From positions 544,148-608,147 of the forward strand of contig JBAZUH010000001.1 in the NCBI GenBank assembly GCA_041661545.1: a stretch of DNA of 64,000 bases, given 5' to 3'. Under the pieces are notes generated by a model. That model did no database searches. It was not told where the DNA came from and worked only from the letters and a program-made list of their open reading frames with translations. Both the position numbers and the translations under genes were made by a program. Every line of letters begins with the position of its first letter. Position 1 is the stretch's first letter. Positions 44,188-51,255 of the stretch are shown in pieces. The stretch comes from Candidatus Staskawiczbacteria bacterium. GTDB taxonomy: Bacteria > Patescibacteriota > Minisyncoccia > Minisyncoccales > Staskawiczbacteraceae.

Positions 44188-45243
44188 TTAGAATAGGCCG
44201 CTTTGCTTGCGGAGATGGCCTAAGCCGAGGTGGTTGTAGGCAAGTGCAGTGGCCATTCGGCCTTTTGGGGTGCGTTCAAGTAAGCCACATTGCATTAAAT
44301 AGGGTTCATAAATATCTAAAATTGTTTCTTCTTCTTCCATAGCAGCTGCTGCTAAAGATTGCAATCCAACTGGGCCTCCTCCAAATTTTTCTATTAAGGC
44401 TAATAAAATATTTCGGTCGCTTGGTTCTAGGCCCATTAAATCTACCTCTAAAGAATTAAGGGCATGTTCGGCAATTGCTTTTGTTATTATTTCAGCATTT
44501 TGAACTTGGGCAAAATCTCTTACTCTTTTTACAAGCCTGTTTGCGACTCTTGGGGTAAACCTTGAGCGCTCGGCAATTGCTGTTATGGCTTCGGGTTCCA
44601 TTTTTATTTTTAAAAGTTTTCCAGATCTTTCAATTATTTTTTTAACATCTTCTATATTATAAAAATTAAGTTGAAAAGTGGCACCAAATCTGTTTCGTAG
44701 GGGAGCAGATAATAACCCAGGGCGAGTGGTGGCTCCAATTAAAGTAAACTTAGGCAATTTTAGCTCCATTGTACGGGCCATGGGCCCTTTGCCCAAAATT
44801 AAATTTAATTTATATTCTTCTAGTGCAGGATATAAATACTCTTCAATAGTTTTGTTAATTCTGTGTATCTCATCTAAAAACAAAACATCACCCTCTGACA
44901 AATTTGTTAAAATTGCAGCTAAATCTCCTGCTCTTTCTAGGGCAGGGCCAGAAGTAGATTTAATTTTTTTACCCATTTCGTTGGCCACTATATAGGCTAG
45001 GGTGGTTTTTCCTAAGCCTGAGTTTCCATAAAGCAATAAATGGTCTGGACTTTGACCTCTTTGTTTGGCTGCAGTAATAATTACTTGTATATTTTCTTTA
45101 ATTTTATCTTGACCAACATAATCATGCCAAGAAGTCGGCCTTAAAGCCGAATCTAGAGTTTCATCCGTTGCCTCGCCAAAGCTTTTAGCGGAGGCGGGTT
45201 CTTTCCTGTTGTTGGTTGGTGTAGGGGTTGACATATGATACAA
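44188..45243 (-). CDS. ruvB: Holliday junction branch-migration helicase RuvB
   Basis: 351 aa with GNSGLGKTTLA, LFLDEIHR and RFG..F.L.FY. Confidence 0.95.
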   Translation of the reverse strand: MYHMSTPTPTNNRKEPASAKSFGEATDETLDSALRPTSWHDYVGQDKIKENIQVIITAAKQRGQSPDHLLLYGNSGLGKTTLAYIVANEMGKKIKSTSGPALERAGDLAAILTNLSEGDVLFLDEIHRINKTIEEYLYPALEEYKLNLILGKGPMARTMELKLPKFTLIGATTRPGLLSAPLRNRFGATFQLNFYNIEDVKKIIERSGKLLKIKMEPEAITAIAERSRFTPRVANRLVKRVRDFAQVQNAEIITKAIAEHALNSLEVDLMGLEPSDRNILLALIEKFGGGPVGLQSLAAAAMEEEETILDIYEPYLMQCGLLERTPKGRMATALAYNHLGLGHLRKQSGLF

Positions 45244-45308
45244 ATAATGATATACTTGAAGATATTTAAGCTATGCGCAAAAAAGCGCTATTATTTCAAC
45301 TAAAAGAC

Positions 45309-45445
45309 TAAGCGGTTTTAGAGTTGGAGGTATTTATTTGGATTTACCTTAGCTTCGGATAATTCTGCTCCGGCTCAATTATTCCTCAGGCAAATCTTTG
45401 TTTATGTCCCAGACATAAGAACACCTCCAGCTCCAAGACCGCTTA
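45309..45445 (+). other. 137-nt element closed by 23-nt imperfect inverted repeats (structured 5' leader RNA or MITE)
   Basis: TAAGCGGTTTTAGAGTTGGAGGT ... ACCTCCAGCTCCAAGACCGCTTA. On the plus strand this gives 20 Watson-Crick pairs, 2 G-U pairs and 1 A-C mismatch. Internal hairpins GGATAATT/AATTATTCC and TTATGTC/GACATAA. Confidence 0.6.
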
Positions 45446-45475
45446 ATAGGTGGCTCCTTTACAACCAATCATGTC

Positions 45476-45895
45476 ATGAAAAAGCCGATAATGTATCTAG
45501 CGATAACCACACTCTCTGCATTACAGCCCATTCGTTTTGTAGCCATAGCAATCTCTCTTGGTATAATCGGGGGTCTTGCACAATATATATGGTTACTTAA
45601 GACACACGGGGCAAAGAAGATTCAGCGAGATGATGATACTGACATAGATGTGAGCGTTAAAAGGCTCATTGTGTTGGAACTCTTTGCATTTGCATCAGCG
45701 ATCACGGTGTTAACATATATTGGGGAGACGCCTTCCAATTGGGAAAGCTTTGTAAGGTCTACCCAATCTCTGTCCTTAACTTGGTTTTTCGGCACATTCG
45801 TTCTTGTGAGTGCCATACGTTTCTGGCATCCTGTAACTCATGACCTGCGGTCTCGGCGAGACTGTGCAAGCGACGAAGATTCTTCAGGCTCTTAG
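45476..45895 (+). CDS. Small 4-TM membrane protein, elevated G+C
   Basis: 139 aa with hydrophobic helices and an acidic, Ser-rich tail. Confidence 0.5.
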   Translation: MKKPIMYLAITTLSALQPIRFVAIAISLGIIGGLAQYIWLLKTHGAKKIQRDDDTDIDVSVKRLIVLELFAFASAITVLTYIGETPSNWESFVRSTQSLSLTWFFGTFVLVSAIRFWHPVTHDLRSRRDCASDEDSSGS

Positions 45896-45939
45896 TAACT
45901 TATAGTGAATAGGGCTTCTTTTTTTGTAAAATTACTTTA

Positions 45940-46290
45940 TTATTTTTGTTCGGGTGGGGGATTTTTGTTTGGATCTTTTCCTCCTTCATGGTGTGCTAAA
46001 TATATTTCAGCCCTTATAATTAGTCCTTCAGCATATTTTTTGTATTCGGGGCCGATATATTCAAGAAGGGGCTTCAATTCATCAACAGTAGCTTTTAGAG
46101 CATCTTCTTGATTTTTATAGCCGTATGCACCACCCAAAAGAGGGTTATCTAAATTTATTTTTCCCTTTTCCACATTTTCCATAAATAAATAAAGTGAAGA
46201 CAATGTTATTGATGCTTGTTGATGTTTATCTATTCCCTCATATTTATCTGGTTTGTCTTCTGATGGGCTTTCGCCTAGTTCTTTTTCCAT
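45940..46290 (-). CDS. Hypothetical protein downstream of the PilB-like ATPase
   Basis: 116 aa, 24 nt after the ATPase stop on the same strand. Confidence 0.45.
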   Translation of the reverse strand: MEKELGESPSEDKPDKYEGIDKHQQASITLSSLYLFMENVEKGKINLDNPLLGGAYGYKNQEDALKATVDELKPLLEYIGPEYKKYAEGLIIRAEIYLAHHEGGKDPNKNPPPEQK

Positions 46291-46314
46291 AATTTAAAAT
46301 TATTTTAATAAAAT

Positions 46315-47643
46315 TTATTCAGATATTTTATTTTCATCTTCTTCAACAACTCTTAAAACTTCTTCCATAGTTGTTTTTCCTTCAACAACATCTATCAACC
46401 CAGATTGATACATCGTTACCATACCTTTTTTAATAGCCAACTCTCTAATAGAAGAAACTGGGGGATTGGTTAAAATAAATTTTTCCATTTCAGAATCAAC
46501 TAAAAATGCTTCAAACAATCCTTGCCTGCCTTTATAGCCTGTAAAATTACAAGCTTCGCATCCATTTTCTTTAGCTTTAGCTATTTTAACAGCATCTAGG
46601 TCAGGGATTTTAATTGTTTTAGATAATGATTTTAATCCTTTTTTTATTTCTGCTAATTCTGTTGTGCTAGGCTCCACTAAGGTAGAGCACTTTTTGCATA
46701 CTTTTCTAAGTAATCTTTGGGCAACAGCCATTTTTAAGCCTGATGCAATAGATGAAGCATCTACGCCAAGATCTACAAGCCTTGGAATGGTTCCAGCTGC
46801 GTCGTTGGTGTGTAATGTAGATAATACTAAGTGGCCGGTTAGGGCTGCTTGCAGGGCTATTTTAGAGGTTTCTAAATCTCTGATTTCACCAACTAAAATA
46901 ACGTCTGGGTCTTGCCTTACAATAGATCTTAATCCATCAGAAAAATCATATCCTTTTTCTGGAGCCACTTGTGTTTGAGAAACTCCTTGTAAATGATACT
47001 CAATTGGATCTTCAATAGTAATAATTTTAATTTCTGGGTCTTGTATCTTTTTTAAAAAAGCATAAAGAGTAGTTGTTTTACCAGAGCCAGTGGGGCCAGT
47101 AACAATTATCATTCCATTGGGTTTTTCAATTTCTTTTTGGAAAGTTTTATAAAGGTCATCCCTTAAACCCAAATCATCTAAAGAAATTAAACTTTTTGGG
47201 TTTAAAATTCTCATAACTATAGATTCACCATATTCTGCTGGTAAGCTAGAAGTTCTAACCTCTATAAGTAAATTATCAACCTCAATTGTATATCTACCAT
47301 CTTGAGGTTTGTCTTTAATATTTAGTTTTAATTTTGAAAGAAGCTTTAATCTAGAAATTAAGTGGCCATATGTGGCGTGGTCAAAGAAAATAACATCTTG
47401 TAATATGCCGTCCAATCTAACTCTTAATCTAGCTTCTTTTTCTTGTGGTTCAATGTGAATATCAGAAACATCAAGTATTATTGATCCATATAAAATAACA
47501 TCTAATAAATCTGTAACACTGGCAACAAGATATTCTTCTATTTTTTTCTTAAATCCACCAATGTCTTTAACTTGGCTTTTGATTTCTTCAATAATTTTGG
47601 GCGAAATTGTTACTAGCCCAAGTAGCTTTTTATTATCTGCCAT
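46315..47643 (-). CDS. PilB/GspE-family secretion ATPase (short form)
   Basis: 442 aa with Walker A GPTGSGKTTT, VGEIRD, His box LSTLHTNDA and C-terminal CKKC..CEAC cluster. Confidence 0.9.
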   Translation of the reverse strand: MADNKKLLGLVTISPKIIEEIKSQVKDIGGFKKKIEEYLVASVTDLLDVILYGSIILDVSDIHIEPQEKEARLRVRLDGILQDVIFFDHATYGHLISRLKLLSKLKLNIKDKPQDGRYTIEVDNLLIEVRTSSLPAEYGESIVMRILNPKSLISLDDLGLRDDLYKTFQKEIEKPNGMIIVTGPTGSGKTTTLYAFLKKIQDPEIKIITIEDPIEYHLQGVSQTQVAPEKGYDFSDGLRSIVRQDPDVILVGEIRDLETSKIALQAALTGHLVLSTLHTNDAAGTIPRLVDLGVDASSIASGLKMAVAQRLLRKVCKKCSTLVEPSTTELAEIKKGLKSLSKTIKIPDLDAVKIAKAKENGCEACNFTGYKGRQGLFEAFLVDSEMEKFILTNPPVSSIRELAIKKGMVTMYQSGLIDVVEGKTTMEEVLRVVEEDENKISE

Positions 47644-47655
47644 ATAATTATAATT

Positions 47656-47720
47656 CGAATGTCATCCGAATAAATCCGAATGCCACGAATACGTATTCGA
47701 ATCATTTGGATAATTCGTAG
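47656..47720. repeat. Helically phased CGAAT repeats upstream of the PilB-like gene
   Basis: CGAAT at 47656, 47667, 47677, 47686 and 47698 (spacing 11, 10, 9, 12), plus a degenerate CGTAG at 47716. Confidence 0.6.
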
Positions 47721-47727
47721 ATTGGGA

Positions 47728-48435
47728 TTATGTTTTTTTGTAAATATTATTTATTATTTCTTTTAGGTCGGCTCCTTTTTTCATTAATGCTGAGGCTAAT
47801 GCAAAAACATCAGCAGTTACTTTATTTTTAAAATTGTCTGTATAGATAACCAGTCCCGTTAATAGGCATTTGCTAGATTCTAATTTTAATTCTTCAAATA
47901 AATTAACAATAATCTCTGAAAGAGACGTGCCTTCTATTAAATTAATTTTACCAAATTTTTGATTATCTTTCGAGTTATCAATGTTTAAGACCGGTGAATC
48001 AAGCAAAAATCCAAAAGAGTCTAATTTTTCAGCAAGCTCTTTTTGATAATCTTTAACCCCAACAGTAATAATTAAATCTGGTTTGGTTTCAGAAAAATAA
48101 AAAGCAATGTTCTCTTTTTTAATATTACCACCATCTAAAGTGAGATGTATTTTTAAAGCTTCATCATTTTTCTCATAATAAATTTGCGATATCTGCGCAA
48201 CTTTATTTGGTATAGATATTACAAAGTTTTTTGGATAAGAAATAAAATCTAAAGAAGGAGACAAAAATTTTAAATTTTCAGGCAAATTGTCTATGAGCAA
48301 GTTTACATTTTTGCCTAAATCTTTTAAAGTATAAAAAAGAGCCAGCGTAGCAACAATTGCTTCAGGCTCTTGCGAAGTTATTAAATAAATATTTTTAGCT
48401 TCGGCTATTAAATTTTTTGCTTCTTGATTTTCCAT
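47728..48435 (-). CDS. DHH-family (NrnA-like) fold protein with degenerate catalytic motifs
   Basis: 235 aa. Layout ..IYLITSQEPEAIVATLAL.., NIDNSKDNQKFG and LLTGLVIYTDNF parallels DHH motifs I-IV, but the Asp/His residues are replaced. Confidence 0.4.
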   Translation of the reverse strand: MENQEAKNLIAEAKNIYLITSQEPEAIVATLALFYTLKDLGKNVNLLIDNLPENLKFLSPSLDFISYPKNFVISIPNKVAQISQIYYEKNDEALKIHLTLDGGNIKKENIAFYFSETKPDLIITVGVKDYQKELAEKLDSFGFLLDSPVLNIDNSKDNQKFGKINLIEGTSLSEIIVNLFEELKLESSKCLLTGLVIYTDNFKNKVTADVFALASALMKKGADLKEIINNIYKKT

Positions 48436-48442
48436 AGGCTTG

Positions 48443-48500
48443 CCCGGTTAAATAATTTTGCTTCACAAAATTAAAATCTAAGAGATTTTATTTAACCGGG
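48443..48500. repeat. AT-rich three-way-junction element B1
   Basis: CCCGGTTAAATA ... TATTTAACCGGG (perfect 12-bp closing stem) enclosing hairpins ATTTTG/CAAAAT and AAATCT/AGATTT. Confidence 0.65.
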
Positions 48501-48534
48501 TGAATTAATATACCCTATAAAATTTTGATAAATA

Positions 48535-49074
48535 ATGCAAGTGGATAAGAAATACACAACAACAAGTTTTAAACAAACACAAAAGCTTGGAAAAGATTTT
48601 GCCCTTCAGCTACATTCGGGGCAAGCCAAAAAAATACCACAAAAAACGGCTACGGTCTTAACATTGCACGGAGATTTAGGTGCAGGCAAGACTACATTTT
48701 TGCAGGGTTTTGCAAAAGGACTGGGTGTTAAAGAAAAAATATTAAGCCCAACATATGTAATTTTGAAACATTACAAAATTACAGAATATGGAATTAAGTA
48801 TTTAGAAGCTAGAATAAATTCTAAATTCAAGATACAAGATACAAGATTCACAGAGCTATACCATTTTGATTGTTATAGACTAAAAAACGAAAAAGATGTT
48901 TTAGAATTAGGTTTTAAAGAAATAATTTCTAATCCTAAAAATATTGTAGCAATTGAATGGCCAGAAAGAATAAAAAAAGTTCTCCCAAAAAATATAATTA
49001 GAATAAATTTTAAAATGGTAGGGGAGAACAAGCGAGAAATTACAATAAAAACTAACCTTAAAATATCAGGTTAA
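48535..49074 (+). CDS. tsaE: tRNA t6A biosynthesis ATPase TsaE
   Basis: 179 aa with LHGDLGAGKTTFLQGFAKGLGV and ..YHFDCYRL... Carries an insert of about 30 aa. Confidence 0.8.
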   Translation: MQVDKKYTTTSFKQTQKLGKDFALQLHSGQAKKIPQKTATVLTLHGDLGAGKTTFLQGFAKGLGVKEKILSPTYVILKHYKITEYGIKYLEARINSKFKIQDTRFTELYHFDCYRLKNEKDVLELGFKEIISNPKNIVAIEWPERIKKVLPKNIIRINFKMVGENKREITIKTNLKISG

Positions 49075-49082
49075 ACATTATT

Positions 49083-49136
49083 AACCTGCATCATAATCTA
49101 CGCTATCGCGTGAAATATGATGTGGGTTATTTTTTT
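49083..49136 (+). terminator. Terminator of tsaE
   Basis: AACCTGCATCATA ... TATGATGTGGGTT (13 bp including 2 G-U pairs) followed by ATTTTTTT. Confidence 0.6.
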
Positions 49137-49176
49137 GGTTACATTGCTCATTTTTGCTATTTTAGTCGCGAGGCGC

Positions 49177-49202
49177 TTGACTTTCTGTTGGGGGGGTAAA
49201 CT
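49177..49202 (+). promoter_or_regulatory. TTGAC / G-run / TAAACT promoter module (copy 2)
   Basis: TTGACT, 14 nt ending in GGGGGG, then TAAACT. The downstream leader is similar to copy 1. Confidence 0.4.
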
Positions 49203-49238
49203 AAAAGAAAATAATATAATTAAATAAAATAAAATAAT

Positions 49239-49592
49239 ATGACAATAGGAGAAAAAAGAGAGCCACAAAGAGAAGAGAGCCCTAAGCCAGTAGAGTTTTG
49301 GATATCTGAGCGCGATGATCTGTCCGCCAGTATTGATAAAGTTTTTACCGCAGAAGAATACAAAGCCTTAAATGATGATGAGAAATATGACCCCGGTACT
49401 GTCTTCCGAAGGATTATTGTAGCAAGCGAAGAGGATAAAAAGAAGTATCTAGAGTTATTATCTGAACAGCTATCTCTTTCATGGGCTTCTAATCAAGGAC
49501 CTGAAGAAATAACGAGCAATAAGCCAAAAATCGCCAGCTTAAAAGAACAGATGAGGACATTAGAAGAAAAAGCTATGGATGTTAAAGAGTAA
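49239..49592 (+). CDS. Hypothetical soluble protein (orphan)
   Basis: 117 aa, acidic, no motif recognised. Confidence 0.45.
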   Translation: MTIGEKREPQREESPKPVEFWISERDDLSASIDKVFTAEEYKALNDDEKYDPGTVFRRIIVASEEDKKKYLELLSEQLSLSWASNQGPEEITSNKPKIASLKEQMRTLEEKAMDVKE

Positions 49593-49604
49593 AGAGGAAT
49601 ATGA

Positions 49605-49635
49605 AAAGACCTGCACTTGTTGTGGGTCTTTTTGT
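49605..49635 (+). terminator. Terminator after 49239-49592
   Basis: GACCTGCA-CTTGT-TGTGGGTC followed by TTTTTG. Confidence 0.65.
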
Positions 49636-49650
49636 TTCTAAAATTTTAAG

Positions 49651-49689
49651 ACCCGCCTGCATCCTTGCGGATTATGGCGAGGCACAGTA
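49651..49689. repeat. ACCCGCCT...GGCGAGGCACAGTA element, intergenic copy
   Basis: ACCCGCCTGCATCCTTGCGGATTATGGCGAGGCACAGTA, 10 nt before the exonuclease ATG. Compare 51785-51819. Confidence 0.65.
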
Positions 49690-49698
49690 GAATAAAGA

Positions 49699-50613
49699 AT
49701 GGAAAAAAATCAGAGGTTAATTATTATAGATTCTAATGCATTGTTGCACAGGTCGTTTCATGCTTTGCCACCGCTAAAAACAAAATCAGGGCAGGAGACT
49801 GGGGCTGTTTATGGATATTTGCTTACACTTTTTAAGGCACTAACTGATTTATGTCCCTCCGGGACATCTCCCGAAGGGAGAAAACCTCTCTATATTGTTG
49901 CTTGTTTTGATACAAAAGGGGCAACATTTCGCCACGAAATGTATAAAGATTATAAAGTGCAAAGGCCAGCAACTCCTAGTGGAATTGTTTCACAAATTCC
50001 TGTGGCAAAAGAAGTTGTTGAAGCCTTGGGCATTCCTATTTTTGCTAAAGAGGGGGTAGAGGCCGATGATTTAATTGCTACTATTTGCACAAAAAATTCA
50101 GAATTAGAAATTTTTATTGTTTCTGGAGATATGGATAATACTCAACTAGTTAATGAAAAGATAAAAGTTTATACTTTGGGCAAAGGGATAAAAGATACAA
50201 TTATTTATGATATTAACAGGGTGCGAGAAAGGTTTGGAGTAGAGCCTTCGCAAATGGTAGATTTTAAAGCTTTAATGGGTGATGCTTCTGATAACATCCC
50301 AGGAGTTGAAGGTATTGGAAAAAAAACAGCAGCAGAAATAATACAAAAATATGGCAGTATAAAAAATCTTTATGAGGAGTTGGCCACAGACACAGCTGTT
50401 TTAAAACCAAAAGTAAAAGAAGCTTTAAAGCAAAACAAAGAATCTGCTTTAATGTCTCTTGAATTAGCACGAATGAAAGCAGATGTTGATATAGATTTTA
50501 AAATTGAAGATTGTAAATTTGGAAATTTTGACAAAAATAAAGTTGCGGAAGTTTTTAATAGTTTAGAATTTTATAGTCTCGTTGACCGCTTGTCACAGTT
50601 GGGCTATAATTAA
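49699..50613 (+). CDS. Stand-alone 5'-3' exonuclease (Pol I N-terminal/FEN-type)
   Basis: 304 aa with IIDSNALLHRSFHALP, GVEADDLIAT and H3TH motif GDASDNIPGVEGIGKKTA. Confidence 0.87.
   Translation: MEKNQRLIIIDSNALLHRSFHALPPLKTKSGQETGAVYGYLLTLFKALTDLCPSGTSPEGRKPLYIVACFDTKGATFRHEMYKDYKVQRPATPSGIVSQIPVAKEVVEALGIPIFAKEGVEADDLIATICTKNSELEIFIVSGDMDNTQLVNEKIKVYTLGKGIKDTIIYDINRVRERFGVEPSQMVDFKALMGDASDNIPGVEGIGKKTAAEIIQKYGSIKNLYEELATDTAVLKPKVKEALKQNKESALMSLELARMKADVDIDFKIEDCKFGNFDKNKVAEVFNSLEFYSLVDRLSQLGYN
49853..49881. repeat. GC-rich double hairpin insert in the exonuclease gene, in frame
   Basis: GTCCC-TCC-GGGAC A TCTCCC-GAA-GGGAGA, encoding LCPSGTSPEGRK between conserved blocks. Confidence 0.7.
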
Positions 50614-50646
50614 TTAATAAATTTAATAAATTGAATATTTTAAAAT

Positions 50647-51243
50647 ATGCAAAAAACTTCATTTAAGGTGGCGCTTCCGGTTATTTTAGCAGGTATGTTT
50701 TCAATAGTTGTTTTTTTAGCACTTAACCCAGAAGGATTAGAGCCTAGTTTTTATATAATTCTTTTTTTATTATCTATTTTTATATTTTTTTATGGTTTGC
50801 ATATTGGGCAATCAGTGGCAATGCCTGTAAAAAAAATATTAAAAAGAGCAATTGATTTAAGTAAAGGAGATTTAAAAACTAGATTTTATTTAGAAACAAA
50901 AGATGAATTTGGTGAGCTAGCTCAAATTTTTAATAAAATAGCAGATGACTTAGAGCAAAGTAGAATGAATGCTGAAAATTCAGAAAAGTCGGTTGGCATA
51001 AAAGTAAAAGCAAAAACCCAAGACTTAGAAGAAACTATTAATGCCCTTGAGCAAAAAGTTAAAAATAGAACCGTAGAAATTGAAAAACTTATGCAAGAAT
51101 CGGCTAGATTGCAAAATCAAATAAAGACCAAAGAAGTAGAAAACACAGATCTTTCTGGAGAAATAAGCAAAATTAAATCCAGTGTTCCTAGCCGTGCTCC
51201 TAAAAAAGAAATCGTTACAAATAGTGATGAAGTGATTAAATAA
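50647..51243 (+). CDS. Membrane protein with HAMP domain and coiled coil
   Basis: 198 aa. Two TM helices, then PVKKILKRAIDLSKGDL..DEFGELAQIFNKIADDL. Confidence 0.6.
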   Translation: MQKTSFKVALPVILAGMFSIVVFLALNPEGLEPSFYIILFLLSIFIFFYGLHIGQSVAMPVKKILKRAIDLSKGDLKTRFYLETKDEFGELAQIFNKIADDLEQSRMNAENSEKSVGIKVKAKTQDLEETINALEQKVKNRTVEIEKLMQESARLQNQIKTKEVENTDLSGEISKIKSSVPSRAPKKEIVTNSDEVIK

Positions 51244-51255
51244 AAAATTTAAAAA

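Noticed and set aside
45309-45445. Identity as SRP RNA, 6S RNA or a CRISPR/tracrRNA-like duplex (the left arm contains GTTTTAGAG, as in type II repeats).
   Set aside because: No SRP helix-8 motif (GGAA tetraloop with AGCA/GGA loops) is found on either strand. The element is single-copy with no repeat array or cas genes. 6S identity cannot be judged by eye.
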